NCBI GenBank assembly: GCA_963758635.1
Contig: CAVWWD010000003.1
Coordinates: forward strand, 96,001 to 160,000
Direction: 5' to 3'
Length of the DNA stretch: 64,000 bases
Source of the DNA: an uncultured Candidatus Rokubacteria bacterium
GTDB lineage: Bacteria; Methylomirabilota; Methylomirabilia; Rokubacteriales; CSP1-6
The translations under genes were made by a program, and so were the position numbers. Position 1 is the stretch's first letter. Every line of letters begins with the position of its first letter. The notes under the pieces were generated by a model. That model was not told the origin of the DNA, did not search any database, and saw only the letters and a program-made list of their open reading frames with translations. Positions 35,099 through 46,159 of the stretch are shown here, one piece after another.

Positions 35099-36475
35099 AT
35101 GAGCAAGACGACACGCGAGATGTTCCTCGGCGAAGGCACCCCCGGCGCGGGCGCCGACGGCACCCAGCACCTGTTCGTCAACCTGGGGCCGGCCCATCCC
35201 GCCATGCACGGGATCATCCGCATCTTCGCCGAGCTGGACGGCGAGTACGTGGTGAAGACCGACGTGGAGATCGGCTACCTGCACCGGGCCTTCGAGAAGG
35301 AGTGCGAGATCGGCCCGTACAACAACGCCATTCCCTTCACGGACCGGCTGAACTACGTCTCGCCGCTCATCAACAACTTCGGCTACTGCTCGGCGGTCGA
35401 GAAGCTCCTCGGGATCGACGTCACGGACCGCTGCAAGTACATCCGGGTGCTCATGAGCGAGATCTCCCGGATCTGCGATCACCTCACGTGCGTGGGGGCC
35501 AGCGCGATGGAGCTCGGGGCCTTCACGGTGTTCCTCTACATGATCAAGGCCCGCGAGTTCCTGTGGGAGCTCGTGGAGGACGTGACGGGGGCGCGGCTCA
35601 CCATCTCCTACGGCCGGGTGGGCGGCGTGAAGGCCGACCTGCCCGCCGGCTTCGACACCAAGGTCAAGACGGCGTTCGGCGAGACGCGCCAGGTGCTCGA
35701 GGAGGTGCACACCCTCGTCACCGGCAACCGGATCTTCATGGACCGCATGGTGGGCGTGGGTGCGCTCTCGAAGGAGGAGACGATCGCGTGGGCGATCACC
35801 GGCCCCCTCGGGCGGGCCGCCGGCGTGCCCTTCGACGTCCGGAAGGCGCAGCCCTACTGGGCCTACGACCGGATGCAGTTCGAGGTGCCGCTGGGGAAGA
35901 ACGGCGACAACTTCGACCGGTTCCTCGTCCGCATGCAGGAGATGGAACAGTCCATGCGCATCGCCGAGCAGGCGCTCGAGGGCCTGCCGGGCGGCTCCAT
36001 CCAGGTGGACTGGGAAGGGCACGCCATCGACCCCGCGCTGTTCGTGGACCGCGGCAAGCAGGGGAAGACCGAGGGCCTCCTCCTCGTCCCCATCCAGCTC
36101 TCGCCGAACCTCCAGGGCCAGGGTCGCGCCGCCCACGGGCGCGTGGACGTGCAGGACAAGCGCGTCGTGCTCCCGCCGAAGGAGACCGCGTACGGGTCCA
36201 TCGAGGGCCTCATGAACCACTTCATGCTCGTGATGGACGGTTTCGGGATCCGGCCCCCCGTCGGCGAGGCGTACTTCGCGGTGGAGGGCGCCAACGGCGA
36301 GCTGGGCTTCTACGTGGTCTCCGACGGCACCGACCGCCCGTATCGCGTGCGCTGCCGTCCGCCGTGTCTGCCGCCGGTCGCCGCGCTGCCCCGCATGATC
36401 GAGGGCCAGATGATCGCCGACATCATCCCCACCTTCGGCTCCGTGAACATGATCGGCGGGGAGCTGGATCGGTGA
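35099..36475 (+). CDS. nuoD: NADH-quinone oxidoreductase subunit D (cluster 2), with an internal insertion
   Basis: GPAHPAMHG, IGYLHR, TDRLNY, GGELDR. Confidence 0.95.
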   Translation: MSKTTREMFLGEGTPGAGADGTQHLFVNLGPAHPAMHGIIRIFAELDGEYVVKTDVEIGYLHRAFEKECEIGPYNNAIPFTDRLNYVSPLINNFGYCSAVEKLLGIDVTDRCKYIRVLMSEISRICDHLTCVGASAMELGAFTVFLYMIKAREFLWELVEDVTGARLTISYGRVGGVKADLPAGFDTKVKTAFGETRQVLEEVHTLVTGNRIFMDRMVGVGALSKEETIAWAITGPLGRAAGVPFDVRKAQPYWAYDRMQFEVPLGKNGDNFDRFLVRMQEMEQSMRIAEQALEGLPGGSIQVDWEGHAIDPALFVDRGKQGKTEGLLLVPIQLSPNLQGQGRAAHGRVDVQDKRVVLPPKETAYGSIEGLMNHFMLVMDGFGIRPPVGEAYFAVEGANGELGFYVVSDGTDRPYRVRCRPPCLPPVAALPRMIEGQMIADIIPTFGSVNMIGGELDR

Positions 36476-36494
36476 TGCGAAGCCACCATATGGA

Positions 36495-36671
36495 GGTCAT
36501 CGCTTGCGATGACCGTACAAAGATAGAGCGCGTCGCCCCCACGCCAGAGGAGTCTGGCGCGATCTCCGCAGTACGCGGCGTCGCCTCCACGCCAGAGGAG
36601 TCTGGCGCGATCTCTGCGGTACGCGGCGTCGCCTTCACGCCAGAGGCGTCTGGCGCGATCGCCGCAGTACG
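36495..36671 (+). repeat. Family D: 9-bp hairpin plus three tandem 48-bp units
   Basis: GGTCATCGC-TT-GCGATGACC; units at 36530, 36578 and 36626, each with CGCCAGA-GG(A/C)G-TCTGGCG. Confidence 0.9.
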
Positions 36672-36692
36672 GGAGGCCTGGACGCGACCAGC

Positions 36693-37180
36693 ATGACCGC
36701 CGACGCCACGCGCCCTGAGTTCACGCCCGAGCATCTCGCCGAGGTGCGCCGCCTCCAGGGCCTCTACCCCGACAAGCGTGGCGCACTTCTCCCCGTGCTC
36801 CACCTGGCCCAGGACACGTTCGGCTACGTCTCCCAGGAAGTCGAGGAGTACGTGGCCGGCCTCTTCGACCTGTCGCCGGCCCACGTGCACGAGGTCGTGA
36901 CGTTCTACACGCTGTTCTTCCAGAAGCCCAAGGGCCGCCACGTGGTCGCGGTGTGCCAGACCCTGTCCTGTCACCTGATGGGGGCGAAGGGCATCATCGA
37001 GCACCTGGAGCGGACACTCCGCACCGAGGTCGGCGAGACGACGCCGGACGGGAAGGTGACGCTCCTCGCCGTGGAATGCCTGTGCGCGTGCGAGGGAGCG
37101 CCCATGATGCAGGTGGACGACCACTACGAGGTGCTGCTGACCCCGGACAAGGTCGATCGGATCGTGGGCGGGCTCGCCTG

Positions 37181-37181
<1 letters not shown>
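36693..37181 (+). CDS. nuoE: NADH-quinone oxidoreductase subunit E
   Basis: ALLPVLHLAQ, VTFYTLF, CQTLSC, ECLCACEGAP. Confidence 0.95.
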
Positions 37182-38435
<1,254 letters not shown>

Positions 38436-38443
<8 letters not shown>

Positions 38444-40037
38444 GCTCACCATCAACGGCAAGGAGGTCGAGGTGCCCGCGGGCACCAACCTCATCGAGGC
38501 GGCCCGCGCCGCGGGCGCCGAGGTGCCGCACTACTGCTACCATCCCGGCCTCTCCATCGCCGGGCAGTGCCGCCTGTGCATGGTGGACATCGAGAAGGTG
38601 CCGCGCCCCCAGATCGGGTGCAACACGCAGGCCGCGGACGGCATGGTGGTCTCCACCGAGACCGATCGGGTGAAGGACGCCCGCCGCTCGATGATGGAGT
38701 TCCACCTGATCAACCATCCGCTGGACTGCCCGGTGTGCGACCAGGCCGGCGAGTGCTGGCTGCAGATCTACTACATGAAGCACGGTCTGTACGACCCGCG
38801 CATGGTCGACGAGAAGGTCCACAAGCCGAAGGCGGTGGCCATCGGCTCCCACGTGATGCTCGACGCGGAGCGCTGCATCCTCTGCTCGCGCTGCGTGCGC
38901 TTCTGCGACGAGGTCACGGGCACCGGCGAGCTCGGCATCTTCAACCGCGGCGACCACTCGGAGATCGGGGTGTTCCCCGGGCGCGCCCTCGAGAACAAGT
39001 ACTCGGGCAACGTCATCGACATCTGCCCGGTGGGCGCGCTCACCGACCGGGACTTCCGCTTCCAGGTGCGGGTCTGGTACCTCGACACGACGAAGAGCAT
39101 CTGCAACGGCTGCGCGCGGGGCTGCAACATCGAGGTCCACACCAGCCAGCGGCGGACGCACCACAACCAGGGACGGCGGGTGGCCCGGCTCAAGCCCCGC
39201 GAGAATCCCGACGTGAACCGCTGGTGGATCTGCGACGCCGGGCGGTACGGCTTCCGCTGGGTCGACGACGACACGCGCATCACCATGCCGGCGCGCCGCG
39301 AGGGCGCGGCGATGGTGGAGACCGTGTGGGACGATGTCCTCGGGCGGCTCGGCCAGGCGCTCCAGCGGTACCGTCCCGAGGAGATCGGGGTCATCGCGTC
39401 CCCGCAGATGTCCAACGAGGACCTCTTCGCCCTGCGCCGGCTTCTCGACCACCTGCGCATCGGGCACCGCGACTTCCGCGTGCCGCCGCGCGAGGCGGGC
39501 GACGAGGACAACCTGCTGATCCGCGCCGACAAGAACCCGAACACGCGGGGCGCGGAGCTCGTGGGGCTCACCCCGGCGCCGGGCGGGCTCGACACCGCGG
39601 GCATCCTCCAGGCCGCGGCGCGGAAGACCATCAAGCTCCTGTGGGTGCTGCACCACGACCTCGTCGTCTCGGGCCTGCGCGAGGCCGACGTCACCGCCGC
39701 CCTGTCCGGGACGGAGATGGTGGTCTTCCAGGGATCCACGGCGGGGAAGACGAGCGCGGCCGCGCACCTGGTGCTGCCGAGCGCGGCGTGGGTGGAGCGC
39801 GAGGGCACCTTCACGAACTTCCAGGGTCGGGTGCAGCGCTTCCGCACCGCGGTGCCCCCGCTCGGCGAGGCGCTGCCCGACTGGACCATCCTCGGCCGCG
39901 TGGGCGCGCTCGTCGGCGGCGCCGCCGCGCCGGAGCGCGCGGAGCTCGTCTTCAACGCGCTGGCCGCCGGGACGCCGGCCTTCGCGGGCATGACGTACCG
40001 GAGCATCGGCGACGCCGGGCTCGTGGTGAGCGCGTGA
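38436..40037 (+). CDS. nuoG: NADH-quinone oxidoreductase subunit G (short form, 533 aa)
   Basis: HYCYHP..GQCRLC, HPLDCPVCDQAGEC, CILCSRC, CNGCARGC. Confidence 0.93.
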
Positions 40038-41143
40038 GCGACCTCGCCGTCGACCTGGCGCTGCAGGCGCTGCCCGTCGCCTTCGTCATGTTCGTGGTGC
40101 TCAACTTCGGGGGGCTCCTCACCTGGGTGGAGCGCAAGCAGTCGGCGATCATGCAGGACCGGATCGGCGCCAACCGCGCGTCGATCTTCGGCATCCGCGT
40201 CCTGGGCCTCCTCCACCCGCTCGCCGACGCCGTCAAGATGCTCACCAAGGAAGACTTCATGCCGGCGCGCGCGGACCGGCTCCTCTTCCAGCTCGCGCCG
40301 TTCGTGTCGGTGTTCTTCGCCCTCGTCGCCTTCGCCTCGATCCCGTTCGGCGACCGCCTGATCATCGGCGACCGGACGATAGAGCTGCAGGCGGTGACCC
40401 TGAACGTGGGCATCCTCTACGTGCTCGGCATGCTCAGCCTGGGCGTGTACGGGCTCATGATGGCGGGCTGGTCGTCGGCCAACAACTACGCGCTCCTCGG
40501 CGCGCAGCGCGCCGCCGCCCTCATGATCTCGTCCGAGATCGCCATCGGCGCCTCGATCATGGGCGTGGTCATGGTGTACGGCTCGCTCAACATGCAGGAC
40601 ATCGCGCGCGGCCAGGGCCAGCCGCTCCTGCCCGGGGTGTTCGGCGCCTGGATCCCCGCGTGGGGGATCCTCACCCAGCCGCTCGCCTTCGTCCTGTTCC
40701 TCACCGCGGGCATCGCCGCGACCAAGCGCATCCCGTTCGACACGCCGGAGGGCGAGTCCGAGATCATCGGCTATTTCGTCGAGTACAGCGGCATGAAGTT
40801 CGGGATGTTCGCGATGGGCGACTTCCTGGAGACGGTGGTGATCGCGGGCATGACCACCGCGCTCTTCCTGGGCGGCTGGCAGGTGCCCTACCTCCAGCCC
40901 ACCGGCTTCGTGTTCCCGTGGGGCGGGGCGGTCGCGCTGCCGCACCTCGTGGTCGTCGGGATGCAGGTGGGCGCCTTCCTCCTCAAGGTCGTGATCATGA
41001 TCTGGTTCCTCATGCTGATCCGGTGGACGCTGCCCCGCTTCCGCTACGACCAGGCCATGCGCCTCGGCTGGCTGGGGCTCTTTCCCCTGTCGATCCTGAA
41101 CATCGTGCTCACCGGCCTCGTCCTCCTCGCGGTGGGAGCCTGA
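40034..41143 (+). CDS. nuoH: NADH-quinone oxidoreductase subunit H (cluster 2)
   Basis: ERKQSAIMQDRIGANR, PFDTPEGESE, EYSGMKF, PRFRYDQ. Confidence 0.95.
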   Translation: MSDLAVDLALQALPVAFVMFVVLNFGGLLTWVERKQSAIMQDRIGANRASIFGIRVLGLLHPLADAVKMLTKEDFMPARADRLLFQLAPFVSVFFALVAFASIPFGDRLIIGDRTIELQAVTLNVGILYVLGMLSLGVYGLMMAGWSSANNYALLGAQRAAALMISSEIAIGASIMGVVMVYGSLNMQDIARGQGQPLLPGVFGAWIPAWGILTQPLAFVLFLTAGIAATKRIPFDTPEGESEIIGYFVEYSGMKFGMFAMGDFLETVVIAGMTTALFLGGWQVPYLQPTGFVFPWGGAVALPHLVVVGMQVGAFLLKVVIMIWFLMLIRWTLPRFRYDQAMRLGWLGLFPLSILNIVLTGLVLLAVGA

Positions 41144-41145
41144 TC

Positions 41146-41742
41146 ATGCCCTCCCGGTACGCTCCGCCCGGCCCCTCGATGGATCCGAAGCATCCGAACA
41201 CGCTGTCCCTCCGCCAGCGCTTCTACGTGGCGGAGGCCCTGGTGGGGCTGGGGCTGACCGCCCAGCACTTCTTCGGCAACATGTGGCGGCACACGCTCCG
41301 GGCCGTGGGGGTGAAGACGGCGCGCGGCGCCGTGACGATCCAGTACCCGGACGAGCGGCGCCCGTACTCGCCGCGGCTGCGCAGCCTGCACCGCCTGGTC
41401 CGCCGGGAGGACGGCTCCCCGCGCTGCGTGGCGTGCATGATGTGCGAGACGGTGTGCCCGGCCCACTGCATCTACATCGTCGCCACCGAGCACCCGAACC
41501 CCGAGATCGAGAAGGTCCCCGAGCGCTTCGACATCGACCTCGGCAAGTGCGTGTTCTGCGGGTACTGCGTCGAGGCGTGCCCGGAGGACGCCATCCGGAT
41601 GGACACCGGGATCCTGGAGTTCTCGTCGTACAGCCGCGGCGGCATGATCTACACGAAGGAGATGCTGCTGTCGCTCGAGCAGGCCGGGCCCAACGGCGTC
41701 CCGACGTCGCCGGTGCCGATCCCGGCCGACCGGACCGTCTGA
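41146..41742 (+). CDS. nuoI: NADH-quinone oxidoreductase subunit I (cluster 2)
   Basis: CVACMMCETVCP, CVFCGYCVEACP. Confidence 0.95.
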   Translation: MPSRYAPPGPSMDPKHPNTLSLRQRFYVAEALVGLGLTAQHFFGNMWRHTLRAVGVKTARGAVTIQYPDERRPYSPRLRSLHRLVRREDGSPRCVACMMCETVCPAHCIYIVATEHPNPEIEKVPERFDIDLGKCVFCGYCVEACPEDAIRMDTGILEFSSYSRGGMIYTKEMLLSLEQAGPNGVPTSPVPIPADRTV

Positions 41743-41746
41743 CCGC

Positions 41747-42244
41747 ATGGCGCACATCACCTTCTGGGCGCTCGCCGCTGTCGCCGTGGGGTGCGCCGCC
41801 GGCCTGCTCCTCCGCGCCAACCCCATCCACGGCGCGCTGTTCCTGGTCGGCAACCTCGCGAGCGTGGCCGGGCTCTACCTGATGCTGCGGGCGGAGTTCC
41901 TCGCTACCGCCCAGGTCATCATCTACGCCGGCGCCATCGCGGTGCTGTTCGTGTTCGCGATCATGGTGTTGATTCCCGGGAAGGAGGAGGTCGGGCCCGA
42001 CCCGCTGCGCCCGCAGCGCTGGCTCGCCGTCCCCCTCGGCGGCATGCTCGGGCTCGAGATCGTGCTCGTGCTTCGCTCGACGCGGCTCGCCGCGCCGCCG
42101 CAGCCCCAGCCGGTGGCGGGCGGGGTGGAGTCGATCGGACGGATGCTGTTCACCGACTATCTCTTCCCGTTCGAGGTGACCTCGCTGCTCCTGCTCTCGG
42201 CGATCGTGGGCGTCATGGCCCTGATGCGCCGACGGACCTCCTGA
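41747..42244 (+). CDS. nuoJ: NADH-quinone oxidoreductase subunit J (cluster 2)
   Basis: [26 protein letters not shown]. Confidence 0.93.
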   Translation: MAHITFWALAAVAVGCAAGLLLRANPIHGALFLVGNLASVAGLYLMLRAEFLATAQVIIYAGAIAVLFVFAIMVLIPGKEEVGPDPLRPQRWLAVPLGGMLGLEIVLVLRSTRLAAPPQPQPVAGGVESIGRMLFTDYLFPFEVTSLLLLSAIVGVMALMRRRTS

Positions 42245-42245
42245 C

Positions 42246-42548
42246 ATGGTCCCCGAGTCCCATTACGTCGCGCTGTCCGCGGTGCTCTTCGTGATGGGCG
42301 TGGTCGGCGTGCTCGTCCGCCGCAACCCTCTGGTCATCTTCATGTCCATCGAGCTGATGCTGAACGCCGCCAACCTCGCCCTCGTCGCCTTCGGCCAGCG
42401 CCACGGCACCGCCTCCGGCCAGGTCCTGGTCTTCTTCGTGATGTGCGTCGCCGCCGCCGAAGTCGCCGTCGGCCTCGCCATCATCGTCTCGATCTTCCGG
42501 CTTCGACGTCGGCTGTCTGTTGACGACTTGCATACGATGAGATGGTAG
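42246..42548 (+). CDS. nuoK: NADH-quinone oxidoreductase subunit K (cluster 2)
   Basis: [26 protein letters not shown]. Confidence 0.95.
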   Translation: MVPESHYVALSAVLFVMGVVGVLVRRNPLVIFMSIELMLNAANLALVAFGQRHGTASGQVLVFFVMCVAAAEVAVGLAIIVSIFRLRRRLSVDDLHTMRW

Positions 42549-42790
42549 TGCGAGGTGAGCGCCGCCCTGCGGCGCGAGCCGAGCGAATATGAAAATGCAG
42601 TGGAAACAACCGCAAACCCAGCCGTAAAGCAAAGCCCAGCCCAGGGCCGCGCAGCGGCCCGAGAGCGCGACAGCCGCGAAGAGAAGGGCGGTAGTGGAAA
42701 CCACCGCCCCCGCAGCAGGAACGCAAAGCCCAGCCGAGGGCCGCGCAGCGGCCCGAACGCGCGAGCGAGAGCACCGAAGACAACAACGCA
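42545..42790 (+). repeat. Family B composite element with an internal duplication
   Basis: GTAGTG start, GTGGAAAC(A/C)ACCGC twice, GCAAAGCCCAGCC(C/G)AGGGCCGCGCAGCGGCCCGA twice (hairpin GGGCCGC-GCA-GCGGCCC). Confidence 0.8.
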
Positions 42791-42804
42791 GGGGGATTGA
42801 CTCG

Positions 42805-43803
42805 ATGGCCCAGGTGAAGACGGCGGCGCCCTCTCCCCGGATCGACTCCGACCTGGCTCGCAAGCTGCTGAGCCAGATGGCGCTCATCCGTCGATTCGAG
42901 GAGAAGGCCGCGGAGATGTACGCGCTCGGGAAGATCGGCGGATTCCTGCACCTGTACATCGGCCAGGAAGCCGTCGCCGTCGGCGCCACGTCCCACGTGC
43001 GCCTCGACGACTACGCCGTGTCCTCGTACCGCGAGCACGGCCACTGCCTCGCCAAGGGCTCCGACCCCCGGAACATCATGGCCGAGCTGTTCGGCCGCCG
43101 CGACGGCCTCAGCAAGGGCAAGGGCGGCTCGATGCACCTCTTCGACAAGTCGGTGAACTTCCTCGGTGGCCACGCCATCGTGGGCGCGCACCTGCCGCTC
43201 GCCGCCGGCGCCGGCTTTGCGATCAAGTACCGGGGCGGGGACCAGGTCGTCCTGTGCTACTTCGGCGACGGCGCCGTGCCGCAGGGGGAGTTCCACGAGT
43301 CGATGAACCTGGCCTCGCTCTGGAAGCTGCCCGTCATCTTCATCTGCGAGAACAACCGCTACGCGATGGGCACCGCCATCGACCGGGCCCTCGCCCAGAC
43401 GGAGATCTGGCGCTTCGCCGAGAACTACAACATGCACGGCGAGGCGGTGGACGGCATGGACGTGCTCGCCGTCCGCGAGGCGATCGGGCGGGCGGTGGCG
43501 CGGGCCCGCAAGGACAAGGCCCCGGCCCTGATCGAGGCCCGCACCTATCGGTTCCGCGGGCACTCCATGCGGGACCCCGCCGGCGCGGTGTACCGGACGC
43601 GGGAGGAGGTCGATCGCGAGAAGCAGCGCGACCCCATCCTGCTCTTCGCCGAGCGCTGCGTGAAGGACGGCATCCTCGCCGACGTGGACGTGAAGGCCAT
43701 CGAGAAGGACGTGTCGGACGTGGTCGACGAGGCGGTGGCCTTCGCCGACGCCTCGCCGGAGCCGCCGGCGGAGTGGCTGCTCACCGACGTCTACAAGGAC
43801 TAG
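42805..43803 (+). CDS. pdhA: Pyruvate dehydrogenase E1 alpha
   Basis: GFLHLYIGQEA, GKGGSMH, FGDGA..ENN, YRFRGHSM.DP. Confidence 0.95.
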   Translation: MAQVKTAAPSPRIDSDLARKLLSQMALIRRFEEKAAEMYALGKIGGFLHLYIGQEAVAVGATSHVRLDDYAVSSYREHGHCLAKGSDPRNIMAELFGRRDGLSKGKGGSMHLFDKSVNFLGGHAIVGAHLPLAAGAGFAIKYRGGDQVVLCYFGDGAVPQGEFHESMNLASLWKLPVIFICENNRYAMGTAIDRALAQTEIWRFAENYNMHGEAVDGMDVLAVREAIGRAVARARKDKAPALIEARTYRFRGHSMRDPAGAVYRTREEVDREKQRDPILLFAERCVKDGILADVDVKAIEKDVSDVVDEAVAFADASPEPPAEWLLTDVYKD

Positions 43804-43807
43804 CGTC

Positions 43808-44788
43808 ATGGCCATCATGACCTACCGCGAGGCCCTCAACCTGGCGCTCCGCGAGGAGATGGAGCGCGACCCGAGCGTCTTCGTGATGGGCGAGGAGGTC
43901 GGGCTCTACGAGGGCGCCTACAAGGTCACGCAGGGCCTCCTCAAGACGTTCGGGGACAAGCGCATCATCGACACCCCGATCTGCGAGTCCGGCTTCGTGG
44001 GCGTCGGGGTGGGGGCGGCGATGCTCGGGCTCCGGCCCGTCGTCGAGGTGATGACGTTCAACTTCTCCATCCTCGCCCTCGACCAGATCGTGAACACCGC
44101 GGCGAAGACGCTCTACATGTCGGGCGGCCAGTACAACATCCCGCTCGTGCTCCGCGGCCCGGGCGGGCCGGCGGCGCAGCTCGCCGCCCAGCACTCGCAG
44201 AGCATGGAGGTGTACTACTACCACGTGCCCGGCCTGAAGGTCGTGCGGCCCACCACGCCCGCCGACGCCAAGGGCCTGCTCAAGTCGGCGATCCGGGACG
44301 ACAACCCGGTGATCTTCATCGAGGCCGAGACCCTCTACGCGGTGAAGGGCGAGGTCCCCGAGGATCCCGACTTCACGATCCCGCTCGGCCAGGCCATCGT
44401 CCGGCGCGAGGGCACCGACGTCACCGTGATCGCGTACATGGGCATGATGTACCGCGCGATGGAGGTGGCGGAGGAGCTGGAGAAGGAGGGGATCTCCGTC
44501 GAGCTCGTCGATCCGCGGACCCTCCGGCCCATGGACATGGACACCATCATCGGCTCGGTGCGGAAGACGCACCGGGCGGTCGTGCTCGAGGCGGGGGCGG
44601 GCTTCGCGGGGATGGGATCGGAGATCGCCGCGGCCATCCAGGAGACGGCCTTCGACGACCTGGACGGCCCGGTGGAGCGCGTCACCGGCGAGAACGCGCC
44701 GATGCCGTACGCCCGGAACCTCGAGCTCCTGAAGACCCCGTCCCGCGCCAAGATCGCCGCGGCCATTCGCCGGGTGTGCAACGCATGA
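43808..44788 (+). CDS. pdhB: Pyruvate dehydrogenase E1 beta
   Basis: MGEEVG.Y.GAYKVT, DTPICE, MTFNF, AQHSQ. Confidence 0.95.
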   Translation: MAIMTYREALNLALREEMERDPSVFVMGEEVGLYEGAYKVTQGLLKTFGDKRIIDTPICESGFVGVGVGAAMLGLRPVVEVMTFNFSILALDQIVNTAAKTLYMSGGQYNIPLVLRGPGGPAAQLAAQHSQSMEVYYYHVPGLKVVRPTTPADAKGLLKSAIRDDNPVIFIEAETLYAVKGEVPEDPDFTIPLGQAIVRREGTDVTVIAYMGMMYRAMEVAEELEKEGISVELVDPRTLRPMDMDTIIGSVRKTHRAVVLEAGAGFAGMGSEIAAAIQETAFDDLDGPVERVTGENAPMPYARNLELLKTPSRAKIAAAIRRVCNA

Positions 44789-46155
44789 TCAGCAAGGTGG
44801 TGATGCCCAAGCTCTCCGATGCGATGGAGACGGGCAAGGTCATCCAGTGGCTGAAGAAGGAGGGCGAGAGCGTCAAGGGCGGCGACGTGATCGCCGAGAT
44901 CGAGACCGACAAGGCCAACGTCGAGATCGAGGCCTTCGGCAGCGGCGTGCTCAGGAAGATCGTGGTGGACGCCGGCGGCGAGGTGCCCGTCGGCCAGCTC
45001 ATCGGCGTGATCGCGGAGCCGGCGGAGGACATCGGGAGCGTGCTGTCCGCGGCCCCCGCGCCGGCCGCTCCCGCGCCCGCGTCCGCGCCACGCGCCGCCG
45101 AGGCGTCGGCGACCCCGGCGTCCGCGCCCGCGCGTGGCCTGCCCGCGTCCGAGACCTACTCGTCCACGCCGGCCACGGCCACCGTCGTGCCGATGGGCGC
45201 CGCGCCGGCGCGCCCGGCGGCCGCTCCGGCCGGCGCGCCCGCGGGGGAGCGCGTGAAGGCCTCGCCGCTCGCCCGGAAGGTGGCGGCCCAGTCCGGCGTG
45301 GACCTGCGCCTCGTCCAGGGCTCGGGCCCGGGCGGCCGCATCATCCGGCGCGACGTGGAAGCGGCGGCCGCCGCCCCGGCCGCGGCGGCGCCGGTGGCGA
45401 TGCCAGCTCCCGCGCCGGCTCCCGCCGCGGCGCCGTCCCGTCGCGGGTTCACGATTCCGCCGCGGCCGGCCGCGGAGTACGAGGACCGGCCGCTCACCGC
45501 CATGCGGGCGGCCATCGCCAAGCGCATGCCGATGTCGAAGGCTCCGGTGCCGCACTTCTACGTCACCGTCGAGGCGGCCATGGAGCGGGCGGTGGCGCTC
45601 CGCGCGGAGCTGAACGGGCTCGAGGGCAATCCGAAGACGTCGGTCACCGACATGGTGATCAAGGCGTGCGCGCTCGCCCTCCGCGCCCATCCCGGGATCA
45701 ACGCGTCGTTCTCGGGGCAGAGCATCCGCGTGCATCACCGGGCGCACATCGGTCTCGCGGTGGCGCTCGACGCCGGGCTGATCACCCCGGTGCTGCGCGA
45801 CGCGGACGTGAAGCCCCTGCTCCAGATCGCGGTGGAGTCCCGGGACCTCGCCGAGCGCTCGCGTGCCGGCAAGCTGCGCGTGCCCGAGCTGTCGGGGGCC
45901 ACGTTCTCCATCTCGAACCTCGGCATGTTCGACGTGGAGGAGTTCTCCGCGATCATCAACCCGCCCGAGGGGGCGATCCTCGCCGTGGGGTCCATCCTCG
46001 ACAAGCCGGTGGTGGTGGACGGGCGGGTCAAGCCGGGCCAGCGCATGAAGATGACGATCTCCTGCGACCATCGCGTCACCGACGGCGCCGCCGCCGCCCG
46101 CTTCCTGCAGGACGTGAGGCGGCTCCTCGAGGAGCCCCTCCGGCTCATGGTCTGA
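44785..46155 (+). CDS. pdhC: Dihydrolipoamide acetyltransferase E2
   Basis: ETDKA lipoyl site, ASPLARK, SNLGMF, CDHRVTDG. Confidence 0.95.
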   Translation: MISKVVMPKLSDAMETGKVIQWLKKEGESVKGGDVIAEIETDKANVEIEAFGSGVLRKIVVDAGGEVPVGQLIGVIAEPAEDIGSVLSAAPAPAAPAPASAPRAAEASATPASAPARGLPASETYSSTPATATVVPMGAAPARPAAAPAGAPAGERVKASPLARKVAAQSGVDLRLVQGSGPGGRIIRRDVEAAAAAPAAAAPVAMPAPAPAPAAAPSRRGFTIPPRPAAEYEDRPLTAMRAAIAKRMPMSKAPVPHFYVTVEAAMERAVALRAELNGLEGNPKTSVTDMVIKACALALRAHPGINASFSGQSIRVHHRAHIGLAVALDAGLITPVLRDADVKPLLQIAVESRDLAERSRAGKLRVPELSGATFSISNLGMFDVEEFSAIINPPEGAILAVGSILDKPVVVDGRVKPGQRMKMTISCDHRVTDGAAAARFLQDVRRLLEEPLRLMV

Positions 46156-46159
46156 CCCG

